Shown here piece after piece: positions 1-8,416 of a stretch of DNA of 32,000 nucleotides. Location: NCBI GenBank assembly GCA_963704755.1, contig OY969938.1, positions 1,500,001-1,532,000 of the forward strand, read 5' to 3'. Below the pieces are notes generated by a model. It searched no databases and was not told where the DNA came from. It saw only the letters and a list, made by a program, of their open reading frames with translations. The translations under genes were made by a program, and so were the position numbers. Position 1 is the stretch's first letter, and each line of letters opens with the position of its first letter. The stretch comes from an uncultured Chloroflexia bacterium (GTDB lineage: Bacteria > Chloroflexota > Anaerolineae > Anaerolineales > Anaerolineaceae).

Positions 1-2628
1 CAGGTAAGCCACCAGCTTCCAGGGGCCCTCTTCGTCGGCCATGGCCTCGGGCACCCGGCGCTGCAGCTCGTTCTGCAGCATTTCATCTACGTCCTCGCTC
101 AGGTCCTCCTTGACGAAGACCTTGTCGCGCTGGTCGTAGATGCGCTTGCGCTGCATATTCAAAACGTCGTCGTATTCCAGCAAATGTTTGCGGACGTCAA
201 AGTTCGAACCTTCCACCCGCGTCTGGGATTGTTCCACCAGGCGGGCAACCAGGTTGTTCTCGATCGGCAGGCTTTCATCGATGTTCAACCGCTTGAGCAG
301 GTTCTCCACCTGCTCGCCGCCGAACAGGCGCATCAGGTCATCTTCGAGCGACAGGTAGAACTTGGAAGAGCCAGGATCGCCCTGGCGGGAAGAACGACCA
401 CGCAACTGGTTGTCGATCCGGCGCGCCTCGTGGCGTTCGGAGCCGATTACGTGCAGGCCGCCCAGCTCGCGCACCTTGTCCATTTCTTCCATCGATTGCA
501 GGAACGACTGGACCAATTCGGCATAGATCCCATACTGGTCCAGGTTCATTTTGGCAAGCTGCTGGCGCCGTTCCTCGTTGGTCAGGTCGTAGGGATCTTC
601 GACGCCGTTGCGCTTGAGCACGCGGATAACGTCGTTGATCGTTTCTTCGTCCAGTTCGCCGCCTAGCTTGATATCGACACCACGGCCGGCCATATTGGTT
701 GCAATGGTCACTGCCCCGTAAGCGCCTGCCCGCGCGATAATCATCGATTCTTCGTCGTGTTTACGCGCGTTCAACACCTGGTGCGGCACGCCGCCCTGGA
801 GTACTTTCAACAAGCGCGGCTGGTTTTCGGCCGGCAGCGCGAGGATCTTCATCAGGTTGGCCAGGTTTTCGGGGTCTTCCGGGTTGATCGATGTCATCCC
901 CACCGAACGGGCAAACTGGCGTATCTCGCCGGTATTCAATTCTGGCAGCGGTTTATAAAGGAATTGCAGCTCAGGGATAACGACTTCGTTATCATCTCGC
1001 TTGTTCTGCTTGAGCCAGGCCTGGCGGACCAGGACCACCTGCATCATGCGCCGCAGCAGTTCAGGCTGCAGCCGCTGCGAGAGGCGTTCGGAATGCTCGA
1101 CCGAGGTTGTGCCCAGCAACTGCGGGCGGCCCAGGACGTGATAGCGAATGGCTTCCATCGCGATTGCCCGCACCTTGGCTTCTTCGGTGCGATAGATGAC
1201 GTCCGGGTAGTCTTTACGCTTCCAGAAAAGCGGATCCTCGTCCGGCCTGTCTTTGTTCGCGTAATAGGTATATTTATAGCCCTGTTCGTCCTTGTCGGTC
1301 ACTTCGATCAAGGCCGGGTTGGGCGTAATGACCCTGTATTCCAGGTTGGTCGGGATGGCAAGAACTTCCAATTTGTAGATCTTGGAAAATTCTTCAGCCT
1401 CGGTCAGGGCTGTACCGGTCATGCCGGCTAATTTATCGTACATGCGGAAGTAATTCTGGATGGTGATTGTCGCGTAGGTGACGTTTTCGGCTTCGACCTT
1501 GACCCCTTCTTTGGCCTCGACCGCCTGGTGCAAGCCCTCGGACCAGCGCCGGCCGGGCATCAACCGCCCGGTGAACTCGTCCACAATGACGACCTTGCCG
1601 CCCTGGACGATGTAATCTTTGTTTCGTTTGAACAGGTATTGCCCTTTCAGGGCCTGTTCCAGGTAGCCCAATACCCGCGCCTGTTCGGGAGTGATATCTT
1701 CCGGGCGCTCTGGATCACCCAGGGCCATATCCAGGATCTCTTCGACGTGCGCCGAACCAATTTCGGTCAGGGTAACGGTGCGGTCGCGTTCGTTGATCTC
1801 GTAATCTTCTTCCTTGAGCACCCGCACGACCTGGGCCATCTTGATATACCAGTCGGCATCGTCGGCGGCAGGGCCAGAAATAATCAACGGTGTTCGCGCT
1901 TCATCGATCAGGATGTTATCGACCTCATCGACAATCGCGAAATAATGCCCGCGCTGCGAACGGTCTTCCAGGTGATTGGTCAGGTTATCACGCAGGTAAT
2001 CGAAGCCGAATTCACTGTTGGTGCCGTAAGTAATATCTGCCTGGTAAGCCTCGTAACGATCGACCATTCGAAGCTGGTCCTGGTCCTCGAATGGTGAGGA
2101 TTTATCCAGGTCCACGACAAAGGCTTTGCGGCCGTTTTCGGTGCGGGTGGCCATTTGCAGCACCCCTACCGAAAGTCCCAACATATTGTAGATTGGCGCC
2201 ATCCAGCGCGCATCCCGGCGGGCCAGGTAGTCGTTGACCGTCACCAGGTGCGTACCCCGGCCGGCCAGCGCATTGAGGTACAGTGGTAAGGTCGCTACCA
2301 GGGTTTTGCCTTCACCGGTGCGCATCTCGGCAATTTTGCCCTCGTGCATCACAATTCCGCCGATCATCTGCACTTCATAATGGCGCAGGCCGATGGTGCG
2401 TTTACTGGCCTCGCGCACGACAGCGAAGGCTTCGTTGAGCAGGTCGTCCAGCGTCTCGTCTTCTGCCAGGCGCTGGCGGAACTCCGCGGTCTTTGCCCGC
2501 AGCGCTTCATCCGAAAGCTGCTCGAACTCGGGCTCTAATTCATTAATCGCCTCGACCCTTTCGGCCAGGCGTAAAATTTCTTTGCGGCTGGGGTCTCCAC
2601 CCAAGAAATTGACGATTTTCTTGAACAT
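1..2628 (-). CDS. secA: Preprotein translocase ATPase SecA; N-terminal ~876 codons, 3' end runs off the window at position 1
   Basis: Reverse strand from ATG at 2628-2626 reads MFKKIVNFLGGDPSRKEILRL...RHYEVQMIGGIVMHEGKIAEMRTGEGKTLVATLPLYLNALAGRGTHLVTVNDYLARRDA, the SecA motor N-terminus with its Walker A. It is open to the window edge, so it is absent from the ORF track. Plus-strand ORFs 140-2097 are antisense shadows. Confidence 0.95.
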   Translation of the reverse strand, partial: MFKKIVNFLGGDPSRKEILRLAERVEAINELEPEFEQLSDEALRAKTAEFRQRLAEDETLDDLLNEAFAVVREASKRTIGLRHYEVQMIGGIVMHEGKIAEMRTGEGKTLVATLPLYLNALAGRGTHLVTVNDYLARRDARWMAPIYNMLGLSVGVLQMATRTENGRKAFVVDLDKSSPFEDQDQLRMVDRYEAYQADITYGTNSEFGFDYLRDNLTNHLEDRSQRGHYFAIVDEVDNILIDEARTPLIISGPAADDADWYIKMAQVVRVLKEEDYEINERDRTVTLTEIGSAHVEEILDMALGDPERPEDITPEQARVLGYLEQALKGQYLFKRNKDYIVQGGKVVIVDEFTGRLMPGRRWSEGLHQAVEAKEGVKVEAENVTYATITIQNYFRMYDKLAGMTGTALTEAEEFSKIYKLEVLAIPTNLEYRVITPNPALIEVTDKDEQGYKYTYYANKDRPDEDPLFWKRKDYPDVIYRTEEAKVRAIAMEAIRYHVLGRPQLLGTTSVEHSERLSQRLQPELLRRMMQVVLVRQAWLKQNKRDDNEVVIPELQFLYKPLPELNTGEIRQFARSVGMTSINPEDPENLANLMKILALPAENQPRLLKVLQGGVPHQVLNARKHDEESMIIARAGAYGAVTIATNMAGRGVDIKLGGELDEETINDVIRVLKRNGVEDPYDLTNEERRQQLAKMNLDQYGIYAELVQSFLQSMEEMDKVRELGGLHVIGSERHEARRIDNQLRGRSSRQGDPGSSKFYLSLEDDLMRLFGGEQVENLLKRLNIDESLPIENNLVARLVEQSQTRVEGSNFDVRKHLLEYDDVLNMQRKRIYDQRDKVFVKEDLSEDVDEMLQNELQRRVPEAMADEEGPWKLVAYL

Positions 2629-2728
2629 GCAAGGTCCCTTTCTGGGAGGAAATTATAGCATATGTAGCCTGCCAGAAAGGCTGCAAGGTATTTTGCGCCT
2701 GGGCGAACGCAATATAAAACAGCAATTT

Positions 2729-2765
2729 GGGTGTTTTTGTGGAGGTTTGTTCCACAAAAACACCC
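2729..2765 (-). terminator. 15-bp hairpin downstream of lpdA, candidate intrinsic terminator
   Basis: GGGTGTTTTTGTGGA (2729-2743), loop ggtttgt, TCCACAAAAACACCC (2751-2765). It lies 10 nt after the lpdA stop. On the minus strand it is followed by a moderately T-rich stretch (aaattgctgttttatatt). Confidence 0.5.
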
Positions 2766-2774
2766 ATTAATTCT

Positions 2775-4172
2775 TTACATCTGGACGGTCTGGCCGACCA
2801 CGTTGTGCGCCGCTTCCATAATCACCTCGCTCAGGGTGGGGTGCGCGTGCACGTTGCGGGCAATCTGTTCGGCGGTCAATTCCATGCTCTGCGCCAGGGT
2901 CAACTCAGGCAGCAGTTCCGACACATCCGGCCCGATCATATGAGCCCCCAGGATCTCGCCGTATTTCGCGTCGGTGACAATTTTGACCCAGCCCACGTAG
3001 TCGCCCAACCCCAGGGCCTTGCCGTTGGGCTGGAAGGGGAATTTGCCGACTTTGACCTCATAGCCTTGTTCTTTGGCCTGGGCTTCCGTCAGCCCAAAGG
3101 AAGCCACCTGCGGCTGGCAGTAGGTAGCCCGCGGCATCATACGATAATCCAGCGTGACCGTCTCTGCCCCGGCGATATTCTCGGCGCAAATGATACCCAT
3201 GGCCGAGGCCACGTGGGCCAGCAGCAGCCGGCCGGTCACGTCGCCAATCGCCCAGATACCGGGGACGTTGGTCGCCATGCGGTCGTCCACCTGGATAAAG
3301 CCGCGCTCATTGATTTGCACGCCCACTGCTTCCAGGCCCATATCCTTCGAATTCGGCCGGAAACCGATCGCTACCAGGGTCTGGTCGGCATCCAGGGTCT
3401 TTTCGTTGCTGCCATCCGACACTTTTACCTGCACGCCTTTGTCCGTGGGGGTGATACCCAGGACTTTGGTATCGGTCATAATGTCGATGCCGCGTTTCTT
3501 GAGCGCCTTGGCCAGCTCGGCGCTGACTTCCTCATCTTCGAGCGGCAGCACCCGCGGCAGCATTTCCACAATGGTCACCTTGCTGCCATATGAACTCCAC
3601 ACAGTGGCGAACTCGACGCCGATCGCGCCGGCGCCGATAATGACCACCGATTTGGGCATGCGGGTTTGCAAGATCGCTTCCCGGAAAGTGAGTACTTTTT
3701 CGCCGTCGGCCTGTACACCCGGGATCATAAACGGTTTTGTGCCGGTTGCGATGATAATGTCTTTTGCCTGCAAATCCTGGGTTTTACCATCTTTATCGGT
3801 CACCCGGACCTGGTCTTTCGCCGTTAAGGTCGCCGTGCCCATATAGACGTCGATATTATTCTTTTTCATCAAGAAGCCGACGCCCTGGGTCAACCGCTTG
3901 GACACCTTGCGGCTGCGATCCACTGCGACACTGTAATCCAGCTTGAGATTGTCATAAGAAATCCCGAACTCGGCCGCCCTTTCTCGCAAGGTATGGGCCA
4001 GTTCGGCATTTTTCAGCAGCGATTTCGATGGAATACAGCCAATGTTCAGGCAAATCCCGCCCAGGAACTCTTTATCCACAATGGCGGCTTTTTTACCCAA
4101 CTGCGTAGCGCGAATAGCCGCAACGTATCCACCCGGACCTGCTCCAATAACGACGACGTCATATTCACTCAT
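2775..4172 (-). CDS. lpdA: Dihydrolipoyl dehydrogenase (E3)
   Basis: 465-aa ORF. N-terminal FAD fold VVVIGAGPGGYVAAIRA, redox-active disulfide GGICLNIGCIPSK, second Rossmann fold VVIIGAGAIGVEFA, C-terminal HAHPTLSE interface motif. GAGGA lies 7 nt upstream of the ATG. Confidence 0.95.
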   Translation of the reverse strand: MSEYDVVVIGAGPGGYVAAIRATQLGKKAAIVDKEFLGGICLNIGCIPSKSLLKNAELAHTLRERAAEFGISYDNLKLDYSVAVDRSRKVSKRLTQGVGFLMKKNNIDVYMGTATLTAKDQVRVTDKDGKTQDLQAKDIIIATGTKPFMIPGVQADGEKVLTFREAILQTRMPKSVVIIGAGAIGVEFATVWSSYGSKVTIVEMLPRVLPLEDEEVSAELAKALKKRGIDIMTDTKVLGITPTDKGVQVKVSDGSNEKTLDADQTLVAIGFRPNSKDMGLEAVGVQINERGFIQVDDRMATNVPGIWAIGDVTGRLLLAHVASAMGIICAENIAGAETVTLDYRMMPRATYCQPQVASFGLTEAQAKEQGYEVKVGKFPFQPNGKALGLGDYVGWVKIVTDAKYGEILGAHMIGPDVSELLPELTLAQSMELTAEQIARNVHAHPTLSEVIMEAAHNVVGQTVQM

Positions 4173-4281
4173 AGTTTTTCCTCAATATTGAATTAACCGA
4201 TCACCGTTTGGTGAAAAAAATAAGCTGAATTCGGGGCATGAAAATTTTCCGTAAAGAACCCCACAGAATTCTTAAGGTATC

Positions 4282-4394
4282 GTAACTACCCAGGCCTATG
4301 TTAAGGAGTTCCCTGAATTTGAGGTGTTTGCAGGGGCGAAGCCCCTGCAAACACCTCAAATTCAGGGTTCTTACCTGACAGGCCAAGCAGTTAC
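4282..4394. repeat. Palindromic ~110-bp element, copy 1 (perfect 27-bp-arm hairpin flanked by conserved end motifs)
   Basis: Left motif GTAACTACCCAGG (4282-4294). Perfect arms CCCTGAATTTGAGGTGTTTGCAGGGGC (4311-4337) and its exact reverse complement (4341-4367), loop GAA. Right motif CCAAGCAGTTAC (4383-4394). Same architecture as 24055-24163 and 28327-28435. Confidence 0.75.
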
Positions 4395-4488
4395 ATGTAA
4401 CCAATAATTGTGCCTATCGTCCCTGCAATGATACACCATCTGGGATGCGCAGGAAAGCGTAAAAGATGCATTTGCGGAGGGATAAGTC

Positions 4489-4569
4489 GATGAGGAAACG
4501 AGGCAACCTCAGAGAAGAGAGATTAGAGAGGAGAGAATAGTGAATAAGGCAACGAGGTAGGCGGAGGCG
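4489..4569. repeat. Purine-rich GAGGCAAC-type repeat module
   Basis: GATGAGGAAACGAGGCAACC...GTGAATAAGGCAACGAGGTAGGCGGAGG shares GATGAGG..CAACC and GTGAAT[AC]AGGCAACG[AT]GG with 8367-8408. Confidence 0.5.
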
Positions 4570-4617
4570 AAATGTGCCGGCCTACCAGCCCATTGACTCG
4601 AAATAACAGCACAGAAG

Positions 4618-4740
4618 AAGAGCGTCTCAGCCGAGGGTTGCGAGGGACCGGGCCGATCTGCTTCAGACGATCATTCTTCTTAAAAAGTAATTCCTCTTTT
4701 CCTCTTTCTCTTCTCCGTGTCCTCCGTGCCTCCGTGGTTA
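4618..4740 (-). repeat. Composite post-stop repeat (SD-like octamer tract plus imperfect hairpin), copy downstream of E2
   Basis: Minus strand right after the E2 stop reads TAAGAGGGATTAACCACGGAGGCACGGAGGACACGGAGAAGAGAAAGAGGAAAAGAGG, then GCAGATCGGCCCGGTCCCTCGCAACCCTCGGCTGAGACGCT. Homologous to 22130-22271, 25268-25347 and 25525-25670. Confidence 0.65.
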
Positions 4741-4747
4741 ATCCCTC

Positions 4748-6025
4748 TTATTTCGGCCAACCCTCCAGGGTCTCGCGAACCCTGGCCAGGAACCCGTCGG
4801 CCGAGACGCCGTCCAGGATGCGGTGATCGAAGGTCAGCGACAGGTAAACCATCGGGCGTACGGCGATGGCGTCATCCGCCAGGACGACCGCCCGTTTCTG
4901 GATGACGCCCACCCCCAGGATGGCGCTCTGCGGCTGGTTGATGATCGGCGTGGCAAATAGGGAGCCATACACGCCGTGGTTGGTGATCGTAAACGTCCCG
5001 CCGTGGACCTCATCCGGCTGCAAGCGCTTGCGGCGGGCCCGCTCGGCCAGGTCGTTGAGCTCGCGCGCCAGACCCAGCAGCGACAGGCTGTCGGCGTTGT
5101 GGATGACCGGGACGATCAGCCCGTCCGGCCCCAGCGAAACGGCCATGCCCAGGTGGATGGCCGGGTGGACGATCACGGCCTCATCCGACCAGGAAGCGTT
5201 GACCAATGGGAACGCCTTGAGCGCCGTGATGACGGCCATGGCGAAATAAGCCGAATAGGTCAGCTTGACCCCCTCGCGGGCAAAGGCTTCTTTGTTGGCC
5301 TCACGGTGCAAGGTCACCTGTTTCATGTCTGCCTCCATCACGGTGGTCACATGCGGAGCGGTATGTTTGCTGTTGACCATATGCTCGGCAATCGATTTGC
5401 GCATGACCGTGTGTGGGATGACCCGGTCGGCCCCCGGCCTGGGGGACTCGCCGGCCGGTGGCGCAGGACGGATGAGCTCGCTGGGACGGAACAGGTCACC
5501 ATCCCCGGGCGCTTCCCAGGCAGCCGGTTCGGCCGGCGGGCCGGCGCTTTCCAGATAATCCAATATGTCCTTCTTGGTGATACGCCCGCCCTGGCCGGTG
5601 CCCTGGACCCGGTATAGATCCACTTCATTTTCCTGGGCCAGGCGCGCCACCACCGGCGAGATGAAGCCCAGCTCACGGTGGTTCCCTGATTCCGGCGCAG
5701 CGGCCGGCCTGACCGGCTGCTCACCTACCGCGGCTTTGCCGGCGTGACGTTCTCCGTTGCCGTTGCTCCCGCCGGGCACTTCTTCACCCGGCGCGCCGAT
5801 CCAGGCCAGCACCGTGCCGGCCGTGACCGTCTGCCCCTCCGGGACCACCACCGCCAGCAAAGTACCCGCCGCCGGGCTGGGAATTTCCGTATCGACTTTA
5901 TCCGTATTGACTTCCAACAAAGCGTCGTATTCGTCGACGGTATCCCCGGGCTTTTTCAGCCACTTGGTCACCGTGCCCTCGATTACCGATTCGCCCAACT
6001 GGGGCATAATCACTTTAGTTGGCAT
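4748..6025 (-). CDS. Dihydrolipoamide acyltransferase (E2) of a 2-oxoacid dehydrogenase complex
   Basis: 425-aa ORF. Lipoyl domain with LEVNTDKVDTEIPSP, peripheral subunit-binding domain (ISPVVARLAQENEVDL), catalytic domain with LTFDHRILDG. AAGGAGG lies 5 nt upstream of the ATG. Confidence 0.93.
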   Translation of the reverse strand: MPTKVIMPQLGESVIEGTVTKWLKKPGDTVDEYDALLEVNTDKVDTEIPSPAAGTLLAVVVPEGQTVTAGTVLAWIGAPGEEVPGGSNGNGERHAGKAAVGEQPVRPAAAPESGNHRELGFISPVVARLAQENEVDLYRVQGTGQGGRITKKDILDYLESAGPPAEPAAWEAPGDGDLFRPSELIRPAPPAGESPRPGADRVIPHTVMRKSIAEHMVNSKHTAPHVTTVMEADMKQVTLHREANKEAFAREGVKLTYSAYFAMAVITALKAFPLVNASWSDEAVIVHPAIHLGMAVSLGPDGLIVPVIHNADSLSLLGLARELNDLAERARRKRLQPDEVHGGTFTITNHGVYGSLFATPIINQPQSAILGVGVIQKRAVVLADDAIAVRPMVYLSLTFDHRILDGVSADGFLARVRETLEGWPK

Positions 6026-6044
6026 GATACCTCCTTGGGAAGCG

Positions 6045-6086
6045 GATAGCTGGTAGCTGTTAGCGATTAGCTTTTAGCGGTTAGCT
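6045..6086. repeat. Tandem heptamer repeat, 6 units
   Basis: GATAGCT GGTAGCT GTTAGCG ATTAGCT TTTAGCG GTTAGCT, read directly, in the E1beta-E2 spacer. Confidence 0.8.
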
Positions 6087-6148
6087 ATCCACTCGAATTT
6101 TCGTTCGTAATGATGTTGCCGGGAACACACCACTTGAAATTTCGCCGC

Positions 6149-6183
6149 CTGAACCCTGACACCTGACACGTGACCCTTGACAC
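6149..6183. repeat. Tandem heptamer repeat, 5 units
   Basis: CTGAACC CTGACAC CTGACAC GTGACCC TTGACAC, ending 3 nt from the E1beta stop codon (6187-6189). Confidence 0.8.
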
Positions 6184-6186
6184 TTT

Positions 6187-7170
6187 TTAATAAGCCGCCA
6201 ACTCCCGGATGGCGTTTTCGATCTTGTTCACGTCGATCATGAACCATTCCTGCATGGGGCGGCTGAAGGGCATAGCGGGCACATCCGGCCCGGCCAGCCG
6301 GCGGACGGGCGCGTCCAGGGAAGTAAAGGCCTCCTCGGCCACAATCGCGGCGATCTCGGCGCCGAAACCGCCGGTCAGGTTATCCTCATATACAATCAGG
6401 GCTTTGCCGGTCTTTTCCACCGAAGCCAGGATAGTTTCCTTATCCAGCGGATTGAGCGTGCGCAGGTCCACTACCTCCACGTCGATCCCGTCGCGGGCGA
6501 CGTTCTCGGCAGCTTGCAAAGCATAATAATGCATCATCCCGTAGGCAAAAACGCTCAAATCGCGGCCCTGCCGGCTGACCTGGGCCGGCCCAATCGGGAC
6601 GGTAAAGTCGTCGCCGGGTACTTCACCCTTAATCAGGCGGTAGCCTTTCTTCGGCTCCAGGTACAGCACCGGGTCGGGGTCGCGCACGGCCGCCTTGAGC
6701 AGCCCCTTGGCATCGCGCGGGTTGGAAGGCACCACCACTTTCAACCCGGGCACGTGGGCGAAATAGGCCTCGATGCTCTGCGAATGGTACAGCCCGCCGC
6801 CGATCCCGCCGCCATAAGGCGCGCGAATGACCATCGGCACAGTCCACTCGCCGTTGGAACGGTAGCACATCTTGGCCGCCTCGTTCACAATCTGGTTAAA
6901 GGCCGGGAAGATGAAGTCGGCAAACTGGATTTCGCAGATCGGGCGCATGCCGTACAGCGCCGCCCCAACGCCAATGCCGACAATGGACAGCTCTGCCAGG
7001 GGTGAATCCACTACCCGGTCCTGGCCGTATTTTTCGTACAATCCTACCGTGGCGCGGAACACACCGCCGCGTTTGCCCACGTCTTCTCCCACCAAAAATA
7101 CCTGGTCATCCTGGGCCATTTCTTCGTCCATGGCCTGGCGGATGGCCTCAACCAGGGTAATTTCAGCCAT
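6187..7170 (-). CDS. 2-oxoacid dehydrogenase E1 component, beta subunit
   Basis: The ORF track gives 6187-7257, but the conserved sequence starts at MAEITLVEAIRQAMDEEM (ATG at 7170). That ATG overlaps the E1alpha stop as ATGGCTGA. Transketolase-like pyrimidine-binding and C-terminal domains. Confidence 0.93.
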   Translation of the reverse strand: MAEITLVEAIRQAMDEEMAQDDQVFLVGEDVGKRGGVFRATVGLYEKYGQDRVVDSPLAELSIVGIGVGAALYGMRPICEIQFADFIFPAFNQIVNEAAKMCYRSNGEWTVPMVIRAPYGGGIGGGLYHSQSIEAYFAHVPGLKVVVPSNPRDAKGLLKAAVRDPDPVLYLEPKKGYRLIKGEVPGDDFTVPIGPAQVSRQGRDLSVFAYGMMHYYALQAAENVARDGIDVEVVDLRTLNPLDKETILASVEKTGKALIVYEDNLTGGFGAEIAAIVAEEAFTSLDAPVRRLAGPDVPAMPFSRPMQEWFMIDVNKIENAIRELAAY

Positions 7171-8149
7171 GGACCACCACCTGTTCGGAAAACACCGGGT
7201 AAGCCGCTTCTTCGGCTTCTGGTGAAGGCGCCCCCTCCGCGTAACGTACCGCCGCATCGATCATTTCTTTGGCTCGTGTTTCCCAATCATCGAGCATTTT
7301 GCGGGTTAGCAGGCCTGCCTTCTCGAGCGTTTTTTGATAAACCACCAGCGGATCGTTCTTTTTATGTTCTTCGACCTCCTCGCGCGAGCGGTAAGTACGG
7401 TCGTCGTCATCGGAGGTGTGCGGAGTGAGCCGGTACACTTGCGCCTCGATCAGCGCTGGCCCTTCGCCATTACGCGCCTGTTCGACCACCTCGGCCATGG
7501 CTTGATACACCGCTACCGGGTCGTTGCCGTCCACGGTGATTCCCCTCAGCCCCAGGCCGCAGGCCTTTTCGGCCGAGCTGGACACGGCCATTTGTTTATC
7601 CTGCGGCACGGAAATGGCGTAGGCGTTGTTTTCGACCAAAAAGATCACCGGCAGCCGGTGCACCGCCGACCAGTTGACCGCCTCGTACCATTCACCCTGT
7701 GAGGTTGAACCCTCACCCAGGGTGACCAGCACCACTTTGTCCTCGTGGCGCATCTTGATGGCCATACCAACCCCGGCGGCGTGCGGGCACTGGGTCGCCA
7801 CCGGCGAGGACTGGCTGATCACGTTAGCCCGGCGCAGTCCCCAGTGGCTGGGCATTTGCCGCCCGCCGGAACTGGGCTCTTCCCGTTTGCCCATCAGCCC
7901 CAACACGAATTCCTGGGGGGTGTAACCCAGGCACAACAATAAAGCCAGGTCTCGGTAGTAGGGGGCAACCCAATCGTATCCGCGGCGCAGCGCATAGGCG
8001 GCCCCAACCTGGGCGGCCTCCTGGCCGATGCCCGAAACATGAAAAGCAATCTTGCCCTGGCGGTGCAAAACCCAGGCGCGTTCGTCCAGGCGCCTGGCGA
8101 GCAGCATCATCCAGTACATTTCCAAGCGGGTATCATCACTCAACTCCAT
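7163..8149 (-). CDS. 2-oxoacid dehydrogenase E1 component, alpha subunit (TPP-dependent)
   Basis: 328-aa ORF. TPP-binding region GEGSTSQGEWYEAVNWSAVHRLPVIFLVENNAYAIS. CAGGAGG lies 10 nt upstream of the ATG. Confidence 0.93.
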   Translation of the reverse strand: MELSDDTRLEMYWMMLLARRLDERAWVLHRQGKIAFHVSGIGQEAAQVGAAYALRRGYDWVAPYYRDLALLLCLGYTPQEFVLGLMGKREEPSSGGRQMPSHWGLRRANVISQSSPVATQCPHAAGVGMAIKMRHEDKVVLVTLGEGSTSQGEWYEAVNWSAVHRLPVIFLVENNAYAISVPQDKQMAVSSSAEKACGLGLRGITVDGNDPVAVYQAMAEVVEQARNGEGPALIEAQVYRLTPHTSDDDDRTYRSREEVEEHKKNDPLVVYQKTLEKAGLLTRKMLDDWETRAKEMIDAAVRYAEGAPSPEAEEAAYPVFSEQVVVHG

Positions 8150-8366
8150 GTTAATGATCCTCCTGTTTAGCAGCCGGAGTCACAGCAAGCAGGCATCGAT
8201 AAGCCCATCGCATCCGGAAATAGGTTTTTGACTAACTGTACCAGCCCAGCCCTGACATTACGAGGGCGTATTTTTTAATTCAGACAAAACCACACTTATT
8301 AGAACCCTCTGCGTAAATTTTGTTACGCTCGAACAAGGAAATTCCCCCGATTTGAGGGTGGAAGGA

Positions 8367-8408
8367 GATGAGGCAACCAGTGAATCAGGCAACGTGGGGA
8401 GGGAAGAG
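8367..8408. repeat. Purine-rich GAGGCAAC-type repeat module
   Basis: GATGAGGCAACCAGTGAATCAGGCAACGTGGGGAGGGAAG; motifs shared with 4489-4569. Confidence 0.5.
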
Positions 8409-8416
8409 CATAATAC

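Noticed and set aside
140-2770. Plus-strand ORFs (72-224 aa) across 140-2770
   Set aside because: They lie antisense to, or out of frame with, the unambiguous secA reading on the minus strand. Their products are low-complexity, Arg/Leu/Val-rich shadows typical of GC-rich DNA.
4282-4394. Retron msr/msd, or another RT-templated hairpin, as an explanation for the long perfect stems
   Set aside because: There is no reverse transcriptase gene, or any adjacent effector, at any of the loci. The elements sit next to housekeeping genes.
4201-4826. Track ORFs 4201-4404 (minus), 4572-4826 and 4717-4905 (plus) in and around the E2-lpdA spacer
   Set aside because: They run through palindromic and low-complexity repeats or overlap the E2 3' end. 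They have no SD and give implausible products.
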